A DNA stretch of 64,000 bases from an uncultured Lachnospiraceae bacterium (GTDB lineage Bacteria > Bacillota > Clostridia > Lachnospirales > Lachnospiraceae): positions 6,250 to 70,249 of the forward strand of contig CAJTVN010000001.1 in NCBI GenBank assembly GCA_910579685.1, read 5' to 3'. The notes below the pieces were generated by a model. The model ran no database searches, was not told where the DNA came from, and worked only from the letters and a program-made list of their open reading frames with translations. A program made the position numbers and the translations under genes. Positions 48,648 to 58,382 of this stretch are shown one piece after another. Numbering within the stretch: position 1 is the first letter of the stretch; the number at the start of each line of letters is the position of its first letter.

Positions 48648-51350
48648 ATGAAGGAATTTGACGTACCAAAGGATCTGCTGCCCCAGTGGGGGCCCTATTC
48701 GAAAAAATATATGGGAATTTCCAGGATCGTGGAAGATGCGCCCATTCCCGGCGCAAGATTTGACTGCGTGGTGCATCCCATGCAGGCCAATTCCAGCCAG
48801 AGCGCACCCAACGTGACGTTTCCCTCTTCCTGGCATATCTGGGAGGCTGCGCCGGATCTGTCCTATTTTGCGTACCGGGTGGAGCTGGAGTGGAAGGACC
48901 GGGTTTATGCGGATGTCTCCTTTTCCGCCGTGGATGACCATACCCGGCTGATCCGAACGGAATACGTGAATCATACCGGGATGGACCAGAACTGCGTTTT
49001 AAACTATTACATGGCCATGGAGTATCCGTGGAAGCAGACGGTGAAGGTTTCCTGCGATGGGAGCTTTGTCTGGAAAAAGCTGGTCAATTATGACCTGCTG
49101 GAATATCATACGCCCAGAGCCTTTGACCACCTGATGCCGGACGGGCTGCACAGGGGCGAATTTTTTGACCCTTCGTTTACGGAAGGGAGGGGCTTTGGAG
49201 AGCGGATCCGGCAGGCTTTTGGGAAGGAGAAGGGGGACAGAGTGAGCGTTTCTCTTTTTGTGCAGGAGAGGTATGACCGGATGGCGCTGCGCTGCCGCAC
49301 CGTGGGAGAGGAGGCCGCGGTCTTTTCCTATTGCATCAGAGGGGAAGGGGGAGCCGTTTACACGGAAGGGAAGATCGAGCTTTTGCCTGCCGCAGAGCCG
49401 GAGCTTGTCTTTGTCCCGGTAAAAACACCGGAAAACGGGATTCTTTCCCTTACCCTCGTCTCAGAGGGAGAGGGCGGAGCCGAGTTTGACTTTGCGGCCT
49501 TTCTGAAGGAGGGGGCGCGGCTTTGTGTGGAGAGAAAGCAGCCCGGCTTTGTCCCGCAGTGTGACAGACAGGAGGCGGGGTACACGCTTAGCTATCCGGG
49601 GGTGATGCAGGAGTTTGGATTCTGTCCGCTGACGGATAGTCTGCGGCTGCGGTCCATCCCCACCGGAACGCTGGAGGATGCGCTGGTATCCAGGCTGTCC
49701 CAGGCCGACCCCACCTTTGACGAGGTGCTGAGGACCTTTACGGATTCCTTCCGGGAGAAGCACAGCGACGAGGGATTCTATCAGAATTTTATCGTGCATT
49801 CCATTTTTATTCCCGCAGGGAAAAAACATGTGGAATATGCCCTTTTGGGGGATGGAAGACAGCGCGGCATCACCCCAGAAGAAGCGGAGGCGCTTTATGA
49901 AAAGAAACGGGGAGCTTTTGCAGAGCCCTGTTACAATCGGGACGGGGAGGGCTATGCGTTCAGCAACCGGCTTTTGCAGGCTGCGCTGCTTACCAACGTG
50001 GTCTATCCGATTTACCGGCACGGAGAGTGGATCAGACACCACACTCCCGGAAAGCGATGGGACAGCCTGTATACCTGGGATTCCGGTTTTATCGGGCTTG
50101 GGCTTCTGGAATGCGAGGAAAGGCTTGCGCAGTATGTTTTGGATCTGTATCTGAGCCGGCCGGATAATCCGGACTTCGCCTTTCTGATGCACGGCTCTCC
50201 GGTTCCGGTTCAGGCCTATCTATATCTGGAGCTTTTGCAAAGGAGCGGAGATAAGGAGAGGCTTTTTGCGTGGTATCCCAGATTGAAGCGGTATTATTCT
50301 TTTCTTGCGGGAAAAAGCGAGGGATCCGCAACGGATCCCTTTGCCAGCCGTTTAACCACGACTTTTGACTATTTTTACAATTGCAGCGGCATGGATGATC
50401 TCCCGCCCCAGGTGGAGATGTACCGGCAGGGCAGGGAGAAGCTTTGCGCACCGGCGTTTACCACCTCACAGCTCATCCGTATGGCAAAGATTCTGCGCAT
50501 GATAGCCAGGGAGCAGGAGATTTTGGAGGATGTGAAGGAGTATGAGGCGGATATCGCACTTCGGGCCAATGCGCTTTTGACCTATGCCTGGGACGAGGAG
50601 AGCGGCTATTTCGGCTATGTGGTGCATGATAAGCAGAAGCGTCCCATAGGAGTGTTTCGGACAGCGGACGGAGAAAATCTGTCAAAAGGAATGGACGGCG
50701 TTTATCCGCTGGTTGCCGGGATCTGCAGCAAAGAGCAGGAGGAGCGGCTTCTCGGTCATATTTTTTCGGAAAAGGAGATGTTTTCCAAGGTGGGAATCAG
50801 CGCCGTGGATATGTCCGCCAGCTACTACCAGCCAAACGGATACTGGAACGGGAACGTGTGGTTTTCCCATCAGTGGTTTCTCTGGAAAACCATGCTTGAC
50901 CTTGGGAAAATGGAGGAGGCCTGGAAGATCGCAAAGACGGCTCTGGATTCCTGGAAGCGGGAGGTGGATTATTCCTATTATACCTTTGAGATGCTGAATA
51001 TCGCCACGGCCAGGGGCGGGTGGTTCCATCAGTTCGGAGGCCTCTCGTCTCCGGTCAATATCTGGGCGAACGCCTATTACCGGAGGGGAACGGTCAGCTG
51101 CGGCTTTGATCTCTGGATCAATGAGCAGTCCTATGAGGAGGATACGGATACCTTCCGGCTGACCGTGACCAACCACTCGGACAGAGCCGCAGGGCTTCTT
51201 CTGGTGACGGGGGGAGCGGACACGCACGTCCCGGAGGTTTACCTTGACGGAGAGCCGCTTGAATCCGTGCGCCGGACGAGGGGCGCGCTGGAGTGCCGGA
51301 TCCCGGCGGGGGTAAGGAAGGGAAGGGTTGTGGCGAAAGCACGGGTATAA
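48648..51350 (+). CDS. Large glycoside hydrolase with a GH63/MGH1-like (alpha/alpha)6 domain
   Basis: YTWDSGF, SGMDD, YWNGNVW and a C-terminal FEM motif; GAGGAG RBS. Confidence 0.8.
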   Translation: MKEFDVPKDLLPQWGPYSKKYMGISRIVEDAPIPGARFDCVVHPMQANSSQSAPNVTFPSSWHIWEAAPDLSYFAYRVELEWKDRVYADVSFSAVDDHTRLIRTEYVNHTGMDQNCVLNYYMAMEYPWKQTVKVSCDGSFVWKKLVNYDLLEYHTPRAFDHLMPDGLHRGEFFDPSFTEGRGFGERIRQAFGKEKGDRVSVSLFVQERYDRMALRCRTVGEEAAVFSYCIRGEGGAVYTEGKIELLPAAEPELVFVPVKTPENGILSLTLVSEGEGGAEFDFAAFLKEGARLCVERKQPGFVPQCDRQEAGYTLSYPGVMQEFGFCPLTDSLRLRSIPTGTLEDALVSRLSQADPTFDEVLRTFTDSFREKHSDEGFYQNFIVHSIFIPAGKKHVEYALLGDGRQRGITPEEAEALYEKKRGAFAEPCYNRDGEGYAFSNRLLQAALLTNVVYPIYRHGEWIRHHTPGKRWDSLYTWDSGFIGLGLLECEERLAQYVLDLYLSRPDNPDFAFLMHGSPVPVQAYLYLELLQRSGDKERLFAWYPRLKRYYSFLAGKSEGSATDPFASRLTTTFDYFYNCSGMDDLPPQVEMYRQGREKLCAPAFTTSQLIRMAKILRMIAREQEILEDVKEYEADIALRANALLTYAWDEESGYFGYVVHDKQKRPIGVFRTADGENLSKGMDGVYPLVAGICSKEQEERLLGHIFSEKEMFSKVGISAVDMSASYYQPNGYWNGNVWFSHQWFLWKTMLDLGKMEEAWKIAKTALDSWKREVDYSYYTFEMLNIATARGGWFHQFGGLSSPVNIWANAYYRRGTVSCGFDLWINEQSYEEDTDTFRLTVTNHSDRAAGLLLVTGGADTHVPEVYLDGEPLESVRRTRGALECRIPAGVRKGRVVAKARV

Positions 51351-51387
51351 ATTTGATTTTTGAAATGAAAAGAAAGGGGGTGCGGAC

Positions 51388-51570
51388 TTGTACAAATATC
51401 TATATGTCGAATCAAAAGTTGCGGGGATACTAAATGTGGATAATCATAGAGAACTCATTGACAAATATAGCTCTGAAGGGTGGAGATTTGTTGCGGCTAT
51501 TCCTAAAAGCAGCGGGTCATATGGCCAAATCAAATCGAACGATTTAGTTTTTGAAAAATTTGAAGATTGA
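51388..51570 (+). CDS. DUF4177-like small protein
   Basis: YKYLYV...HRELIDKYSSEGWRFV..IP...DLVFEK; TTG start after GGGGGTG; AT-rich. Confidence 0.8.
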   Translation: MYKYLYVESKVAGILNVDNHRELIDKYSSEGWRFVAAIPKSSGSYGQIKSNDLVFEKFED

Positions 51571-51592
51571 CTTTGTCTGACGGTGTATTTAT

Positions 51593-51661
51593 CATAGGTA
51601 ATTGCGAAACTTGTAAATTTGCAGAATATTTCAGCAACTTACTGTTTCGCAATTACCTATG
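51593..51661. repeat. Palindromic MITE-like repeat, copy 2
   Basis: Perfect 18-bp inverted repeats CATAGGTAATTGCGAAAC/GTTTCGCAATTACCTATG around a 33-bp core. Confidence 0.88.
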
Positions 51662-51688
51662 TATTTACTAAGAAGCGGGGAGCGGAAC

Positions 51689-53002
51689 ATGCACAAAAAG
51701 GTTCTTCTTTTGACTATCCTGTTTACGGGAGCGGTCATAATCCACGGAGCTGTCAGGGGATCCGGGGCACAAAGCGCTGCGCTGGAAGCTGTCGGAGGTC
51801 TTTCCGCCGCACGGACAGGGCGGATGCCTGAAAATGCGAAAGAGCTATTGGCACGGCAGGCCGCAGAAAGCGCACGGCAGGCGTATCAGGAATGGGAAAG
51901 AAATCGTCCGCAGATGGTAACAGTCGAGAAGCCAAGGCCCATGCGAAACGGCGAGGAGGGCATTCTGAGCTATCGCTGGGGAATGGATTTCATTTCTGTC
52001 AGCGGGATGCGGCTGCTTTTTTCCTGTGACTGCTATTTTCCCGGCCAAAAGCTGCAGCAGAAGATTTTCTATGTGGCAGAAGGGCCGGACTTCGCACCCA
52101 GGGAGGTCTTCCGGCAGGATTCCCTCTCAAATACGGAAGGGCTTCGGGGAAAGGCCGCCGATGTTCTGGAATACAGGAAGATCTGTCCCCAGGCCGTGGA
52201 GGACGGGTATGTCTATGAGGCAAACGGGGCGCTGTACCTTCTTTCGGAGGATTTTGAGGAAACAAAGCGCCTTTGTGATCTCCGCAAGCTGATGGGGGAA
52301 TTGTATCAGTTTTCTCCCTGGGTGGGAGGAAGAAATCTGTGTGAAGTATCCTGGGACGCCTCCCGGATTTTGGCCTGCACGGACCAGGGGCTTTATGAAT
52401 ATGATCTGGAAAACGGAGAAGGAAAGCTTCTGGAGGCGGCCATGTATGAAGTTCATGAGATTATCCCTGAAGAGGGGGACTGCAGCTGTGGGGAGACGGG
52501 CTTTGAATTTTCAGGCCCGTTGGAAGCGCAGTATGTGCCGGGCGGTGAGGGCTATGTTTTCATGACCGGCACGGAGTACGGGGATCTTTTGGGGATTGTC
52601 CTGCGCTCGCAGAGCGGGGAGACTTTGTATCAGAAGCAGACAGAGGATTACCGAATCGGCTTTTGCTGGATGGAAAGTGAGCGGGCCGTGTATCTTGCGG
52701 CCTTTTATGGGGATTCGGCTGGTGTCTGGATGGACCGGGTGGATGTGAAGAGCGGGAAAAAGGAGACCTTTGCCGTACCGGAGGAAGTCTTTTTTGGTTC
52801 CGCTCCCTGTGCGGGCTTCCTGGATCCGGATCACCTGGTCTATCTGGAGCAGACAGAGGACTCCATTGCCGGAATCGGAATCTTCAGCCTGTCTTTGGGA
52901 GAGACAAAGGGATCAAATCCGATTCCGGAGAAAGCGGGAAAAAACAGAGTTCTGGCGTTGGATCTGTGCGGCTATGATACTGTGGCAGTAAGCATTCCTT
53001 AG
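51689..53002 (+). CDS. Secreted or membrane-anchored hypothetical protein
   Basis: N-terminal hydrophobic segment; beta-rich repeats (LYEYDLENG, DRVDVKSG) suggest a propeller; DCSCG motif. Confidence 0.65.
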   Translation: MHKKVLLLTILFTGAVIIHGAVRGSGAQSAALEAVGGLSAARTGRMPENAKELLARQAAESARQAYQEWERNRPQMVTVEKPRPMRNGEEGILSYRWGMDFISVSGMRLLFSCDCYFPGQKLQQKIFYVAEGPDFAPREVFRQDSLSNTEGLRGKAADVLEYRKICPQAVEDGYVYEANGALYLLSEDFEETKRLCDLRKLMGELYQFSPWVGGRNLCEVSWDASRILACTDQGLYEYDLENGEGKLLEAAMYEVHEIIPEEGDCSCGETGFEFSGPLEAQYVPGGEGYVFMTGTEYGDLLGIVLRSQSGETLYQKQTEDYRIGFCWMESERAVYLAAFYGDSAGVWMDRVDVKSGKKETFAVPEEVFFGSAPCAGFLDPDHLVYLEQTEDSIAGIGIFSLSLGETKGSNPIPEKAGKNRVLALDLCGYDTVAVSIP

Positions 53003-54372
53003 TCTGGCTTTTCGCTATTCTTCTCCAGCTTATGAAACAGCCGGATCAGCACAAGGATGGCGGCTGCGGCCAGAATGAATTCCGCTGTCAGCTGTGCGTA
53101 AGCCAGACCGTACAGAGGAAACAGCCAGTTCAGGATATAGAGAGCCGGTATCTCCAAAACGATTTTGCGCAGCACGGCGAAAATCAGGGAATGTTTCCCG
53201 AGACCGCAGGCCTGGAATACGCCAACGGCCAGGAAATCCACACACAGGAAGGGAATGCCCAGGCACATGCCCCGCAGAAATTTCGTGCCATATTCCACGA
53301 TAACGGGATTTTTCATAAAGGCGGCGGTGAGGGCACCTGCACCCAGATAATAGCACACGGACACCGTAACCATGAAGGATACCGCTATTTTGAGGGAAAA
53401 TATCAGAGTGCGTTTCATTCTCTGCGTGTTTCCGCTGGCGTAGTTGTAGCTGATCAGGGGCATGATCCCCTGGCCTAATCCCATAGCGATATAGAGCGGC
53501 ACCATGTTGATTTTCTGTGCAATCCCCATTGCGGCCACCGTGTCGGCGCCGTAGGAGGAAGTAAAATTGTTCAGCACGGTCATACCCGTCACATTCAGAA
53601 GATTCTGGATGGAGGCGGGAATCCCAACGGCGCAGACCCCAAAGACAATGGCTCTTCGCAGCCCGAACATGGACGGGCGGATGCAGATATAGGTGTTCCC
53701 CCGCTTGAGGAGCAGAAGGACAAAGAAATAAGCGCAGGCCGCGCAGTTGGAGAGAAAGGTTGCGGCTCCGGCTCCCGCCGCACCCATGTCAAGTCCCCGG
53801 GGCAGAATAAATACCGGGTCAAGAAGGATATTCAAAAGACATCCGCTCATGGTTCCGATGCTGGCATGGAGCGCAGAGCCCTCCGACCGTACCATGTGGG
53901 CCAGCACCACGTTCAGGATAGCCGGGACCGCACCAAAGCTGACCGTCCATTTCAGATATTCTCCCGTTGCGGCAGCAGTGGTATGATCCGCTCCCAGCAC
54001 ATTCAGCAAAGGCCCCCGGAACATGGTGAAAAAAACGGAAAAAAGAATTCCGCAGAAAACAGAGAGGTAAAAGCCGAATGCGGAGCTGCGGTACACGGTA
54101 TCGTAATCCTTTCTCCCCAGTCCTCGGCTCATCATGCTGGAGGAGCCCACGCCGAATAGATTGTTCACGGCGTTGAAGGCCAGCAGTACCGGGGCCGCCA
54201 GCGTGACGGCGGAATTCTGTATGGAGTTGTTCAGCATCCCCACGAAGTAGGTGTCCGCAAGATTATAAATCACCATCACCAGAGAACTGAGGATGGTTGG
54301 GACGGCCAGCGTCATGACGGCTTTCGGAACAGGCGTGTGCTCAAATAATTGTATTTTTTTGATATCTTCCAT
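52999..54372 (-). CDS. MATE family efflux transporter
   Basis: LAVPTI, YNLADTYFVG, NILLDPVFI, MGAAGAGAAT, SYNYASG. Confidence 0.93.
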   Translation of the reverse strand: MEDIKKIQLFEHTPVPKAVMTLAVPTILSSLVMVIYNLADTYFVGMLNNSIQNSAVTLAAPVLLAFNAVNNLFGVGSSSMMSRGLGRKDYDTVYRSSAFGFYLSVFCGILFSVFFTMFRGPLLNVLGADHTTAAATGEYLKWTVSFGAVPAILNVVLAHMVRSEGSALHASIGTMSGCLLNILLDPVFILPRGLDMGAAGAGAATFLSNCAACAYFFVLLLLKRGNTYICIRPSMFGLRRAIVFGVCAVGIPASIQNLLNVTGMTVLNNFTSSYGADTVAAMGIAQKINMVPLYIAMGLGQGIMPLISYNYASGNTQRMKRTLIFSLKIAVSFMVTVSVCYYLGAGALTAAFMKNPVIVEYGTKFLRGMCLGIPFLCVDFLAVGVFQACGLGKHSLIFAVLRKIVLEIPALYILNWLFPLYGLAYAQLTAEFILAAAAILVLIRLFHKLEKNSEKPD

Positions 54373-54506
54373 AGGTGTCTCCTTTATCCGGCTCTTTTCT
54401 TTCTCCTGATCATCTTGAATCTGCGGCCGGCCTGATTTAAGGCTATCAAAATAAAAATTCCAAGTCAATAATAAAAACATTCTTCTGTGAGAAACACGGG
54501 AGGTTC

Positions 54507-54597
54507 TTTACAAAAGAGAGTGCTTTTGATATACTGAACAGACATAGAGGGATTTGCTTTGAGAACAGAGCCGCCAGTTGGATGCTGGCGGCTTTTT
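54507..54597 (+). promoter_or_regulatory. Promoter followed by a short leader ending in a terminator
   Basis: TTTACA-17 bp-TATACT (TG extended); AGCCGCCAG/CTGGCGGCT stem plus T tract at 54569-54597. Confidence 0.6.
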
Positions 54598-54669
54598 AAG
54601 GAGGCTGAATCCGGCTTCATCGGATGATGAGATTGAGACAGGCGGAATGAAAAGGAGAGCGGGACAGAT

Positions 54670-55500
54670 ATGAAAGGAAAAATAGTGCGCCGCATTTTTT
54701 CTTTAAGCTGTGCAACAATATTTGTTCTGTTACTGACCGGTTGTAATCCGACGGCAGGTGCGACAGAATATGAAGTAATATATCCATCCGGCTATAGCAG
54801 GGATTCCTATGCTTATGATGAAAAATCCCCCATTGAGGGAAGCTCCTGCTGTCTGCAGTGGGAAAAAGCGGATGATTACGAGAAAACCTATAACTACGAT
54901 ATACATATCCTGAATGAGAATGGTTCGGTATTGTATAGTTATCCCGACGCGGGAAGCAAAGCGATGCGCGGGAGTGTACGGGAAGATGGTAAAACCTGGG
55001 TCTGCTCGGAGCATTGGACGGCTCCTCATCACAATGGCTATGTGGAAGGCTGGCTGAAAGAAAGTGATCTGCTTTTGATTGATTTGAGCGATGGAGAGCT
55101 GCTGTTTCAGGCCAAGGCGGGAGAAAATGAATTTTACATCACCTCATTTGGAACACGATGCTATTTCTATCTTCCTGGAAAACAAGAAAGCGAGAAGCTG
55201 TTCGGATTGATAAAAATACCTGCGGAAAATGCGACAATTTATTGCCGGGATACTTCGGACTGGGCGCAGAAACACACGGTTTATACCTTTGATTATGTAG
55301 CGGAACCTGATATTGATACAAGTGACGGAGTTAAAACCCGTGTTAAATTTTATATATCTGAAAACCGGCTTAAAGTGGCATGGACATCCTTTGAACCTGT
55401 TGGTAATGAGCATTGGGAGTACCTGGAGAAAAAGGCTTATGAAATCCCGATTGCTGAAAATGCTGACGAGAGAGCCAAAAGCGCAGGCGAGGCATCGTAG
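54670..55500 (+). CDS. Hypothetical lipoprotein
   Basis: Lipobox LLTGC; AT-richer than its neighbours. Confidence 0.7.
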   Translation: MKGKIVRRIFSLSCATIFVLLLTGCNPTAGATEYEVIYPSGYSRDSYAYDEKSPIEGSSCCLQWEKADDYEKTYNYDIHILNENGSVLYSYPDAGSKAMRGSVREDGKTWVCSEHWTAPHHNGYVEGWLKESDLLLIDLSDGELLFQAKAGENEFYITSFGTRCYFYLPGKQESEKLFGLIKIPAENATIYCRDTSDWAQKHTVYTFDYVAEPDIDTSDGVKTRVKFYISENRLKVAWTSFEPVGNEHWEYLEKKAYEIPIAENADERAKSAGEAS

Positions 55501-55606
55501 GGTATGAGGGACAATTTTGTTTTGTCCTTTTTGGCTGGCGATATGTGTCCGCAATGCATTTGCGAATAGGTATGATAAAAACTTTGATAATAGAGGGAGG
55601 TACAAT

Positions 55607-56443
55607 ATGCTGCGAATAGGATGTCACCTCTCCTCCTCCAAGGGCTATCTTGCCATGGGGAAGGAGGCGGTAAAGATCGGGGCGAACACGTTCCAGTTTT
55701 TTACCAGAAATCCCAGAGGGGGAAAGGCAAAGGCTCTGGACCCGGTGGATGTGGAAAAATATCTGGCTTTTGCCGGGGAAAATGGAATTGCGAAGATCCT
55801 GGCCCATGCGCCCTACACGCTGAATCCGGCATCGAAGGACGAGGGACTGCGCCGTTTTGCGTTCGATACCATGCAGGATGATTTGCGCAGGCTGGAATAT
55901 CTGCCTGATGCCATGTACAATTTCCATCCGGGAAGCCACGTTGCCCAGGGAGCCGGCCAGGGAATCGAGCTGATTGCGGAGCACCTAAACCGTCTTTTTG
56001 AGGAGGAATTTTCCACCACGGTCCTGCTTGAGACCATGGCGGGAAAGGGCTCCGAGGTGGGCAGGAGCTTTGAGGAGCTTCGCAGCATCATAGACAGGGT
56101 GGAGAGAAAGGACCGTCTGGGAGTGTGTCTGGATACCTGCCATGTTTTTGACGGCGGGTATGATATTGTGAATGGGCTGGATGCCGTTCTGAATGAGTTT
56201 GACCGTATTCTGGGGCTTGGGAGGCTGCGGGCCGTGCATCTTAATGACAGTCTTAACAGCCTTGGCAGTCACAAGGACAGGCACGCCAAAATCGGGGAAG
56301 GAAATATCGGTCTTGAGGCCATGAAGCGGATCATAAACGACAGCAGGCTCAGGAAGCTTCCCTTCTATCTGGAAACGCCGAACGAGCTTCCGGGATACCA
56401 GAAGGAGATCGAGCTGCTTCGAAGCCTGTATGATGAGATCTGA
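55607..56443 (+). CDS. nfo: Endonuclease IV
   Basis: [47 protein letters not shown]. Confidence 0.96.
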   Translation: MLRIGCHLSSSKGYLAMGKEAVKIGANTFQFFTRNPRGGKAKALDPVDVEKYLAFAGENGIAKILAHAPYTLNPASKDEGLRRFAFDTMQDDLRRLEYLPDAMYNFHPGSHVAQGAGQGIELIAEHLNRLFEEEFSTTVLLETMAGKGSEVGRSFEELRSIIDRVERKDRLGVCLDTCHVFDGGYDIVNGLDAVLNEFDRILGLGRLRAVHLNDSLNSLGSHKDRHAKIGEGNIGLEAMKRIINDSRLRKLPFYLETPNELPGYQKEIELLRSLYDEI

Positions 56444-56453
56444 AACCGGCGCC

Positions 56454-57158
56454 TTACTCGGATTCCGCCATGCGGTAGCCGATGCCGATCTCGGTAAAGA
56501 CATGCTCCGGAGCGGCCGGGTTCTTCTCGATTTTGCGGCGGATGTTGGCCATATTCACCCGCAGGATCTGGTTGTTGTTATCCACATAGGGGCCCCATAT
56601 CTTTTCCATGATATAGGAATAGGTGAGTACCTTGCCGCTGTTTCGGGCAAGCAGTCCGAGGAGCTTGAATTCGATCTGTGTCAGATGCACCATGGCTCCG
56701 GAGAGGGTGACCAGATGCTTTTCAAAATCAACGGTCAGATCCCCGTGGCGGTAAACGGGAGCGTTGCTGTGTATTCCGGCGTTTAACTGGCTGCTGTGGC
56801 GCAGAGAGGTGCGGATTCTGGCAAGCAGCTCAACGGTGCCAAAGGGCTTGGTGATATAATCGTCCGCACCGCCGTCCAGGGCCTTTGCCTTTTCCTGCTC
56901 GTGGCTTCTTGCGGAGATGACAATGATGGGGGTGGAGTTCCACTCCCTTAATTTTTTGATCACCGTCATGCCGTCCATGTCGGGCAGTCCCAGATCCAGA
57001 AGAACCAGGTCCGGGCACAGGGAGGCGCTCAGATGAAGGCCTTCCGTACCGGAGGAGGCGGTGATAATCTTGTAATTCTGATTTTTCAGTGTGGTGGCGA
57101 TAAAGGAACGGATGTTTTCTTCGTCCTCGATCAAAAGGATGCTGGATTTTGGTATCAT
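56454..57158 (-). CDS. KdpE-like response regulator
   Basis: LLDLGLPDMDG, GADDYITKPF, LRVNMANIRRKIE, TEIGIGYR. Confidence 0.9.
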   Translation of the reverse strand: MIPKSSILLIEDEENIRSFIATTLKNQNYKIITASSGTEGLHLSASLCPDLVLLDLGLPDMDGMTVIKKLREWNSTPIIVISARSHEQEKAKALDGGADDYITKPFGTVELLARIRTSLRHSSQLNAGIHSNAPVYRHGDLTVDFEKHLVTLSGAMVHLTQIEFKLLGLLARNSGKVLTYSYIMEKIWGPYVDNNNQILRVNMANIRRKIEKNPAAPEHVFTEIGIGYRMAESE

Positions 57159-58228
57159 GTCTTTGCGTTCTCCTTTGGAAGTGTGAAAGTAAACACACAG
57201 CCGTGCTCCCGGTTGTAAGCACTGATACTGCCGTTGTGGGCGGTGATGATGGTCTTGCATATGGAGAGCCCGATTCCCATGCCCTTATACACATCGGAGG
57301 AGGAAGACGGGGTATAGGGCGAGCCGTCAAATATGGTTTTCAGGCGCTGGGGCGCAATTCCGATTCCGTAGTCTGTCACCTGAAAGGTCACGTGGTTTCC
57401 GTTATCCGTCACGGTGAGTTCCACAGGGAGCGTGCTCTCGGAATGGATAATGGCGTTTTCCAGCAGATTGATAATGACCTGCTCGATCAGCATGGCGTCC
57501 ATGGGGATCAAAAGGTATTCCTCAGGAACCTGCACATGGATTACGGCCTCCGGCATCCTTTTTTGCAGCCTCCGGATGGCTTCCGCAGCCACCTCCTCCA
57601 CCGATTCCAGAGAGGTGGCTATTTTCATGGAGCTCTCATTGATCCTGGTGACGGAGAGAAGATTTTCCACCATGTTCAGCAGCCAGTTGGAATCGTCACG
57701 GATATGACTGACCAGATCCAGCTTTTCCTTCTCATCCAGGGTATCGCAGTTGTCAATATAGGCGGAGCTGTTTCCGATGATGCCGGTGAGAGGCGTGCGC
57801 AGATCATGGGAGATGCTTCGCAGAAGATTGGCCCTCATCTTCTCCTTTTCCGCCTCCATCAGAAGCTTTTCCCGTTCCACCAGAATCTCACCCTGTCTCT
57901 TGATCTGCGATGTCATGGTGCTGATGGAAAGGGAGATGATCAGCATGAAGAGAAAGGTGATGGGATAACCGGTGAGCGTGAAGTTCAGGGCAAAATAGGG
58001 ATAAGTGAACAGGAAGTTCACGCAGATGACCCCCACAAGGGAGGCCAGAAGCCCGTACACGTAGCCGGTGGTAAAACGAGCGGTGAGAACCAGGCCCGTG
58101 ATGTAGACCAGGGCGATATTGGCCGGGTTTTCCGGCACATGACGAAAAAACCAGAAAGCCGCCAGGGTGGCCGCAATGGTCATAATCAGAGTTATCAGTA
58201 TGTTTTTTAATAAGCTGTTCTTTTTCAT
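57155..58228 (-). CDS. Short KdpD-like histidine kinase (4-TM DUF4118 domain plus kinase core)
   Basis: NFLFTYPYF, RANLLRSISHDLRTPL, NLLENA, GMGIGLSIC. Confidence 0.9.
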   Translation of the reverse strand: MKKNSLLKNILITLIMTIAATLAAFWFFRHVPENPANIALVYITGLVLTARFTTGYVYGLLASLVGVICVNFLFTYPYFALNFTLTGYPITFLFMLIISLSISTMTSQIKRQGEILVEREKLLMEAEKEKMRANLLRSISHDLRTPLTGIIGNSSAYIDNCDTLDEKEKLDLVSHIRDDSNWLLNMVENLLSVTRINESSMKIATSLESVEEVAAEAIRRLQKRMPEAVIHVQVPEEYLLIPMDAMLIEQVIINLLENAIIHSESTLPVELTVTDNGNHVTFQVTDYGIGIAPQRLKTIFDGSPYTPSSSSDVYKGMGIGLSICKTIITAHNGSISAYNREHGCVFTFTLPKENAKT

Positions 58229-58382
58229 AGGGTCATTATACCTTTTCCGGACAGGTTTGGGCAATTGTCTGCCGTTAAGAAAATGTAAAGAATTGGACTG
58301 CAAAATTTATTGGAAATCCATGCGGATCCATATTATAATGGAAAAGTAAACGATTGCTTTTCCGAAAGGAGTACCAGGACAG

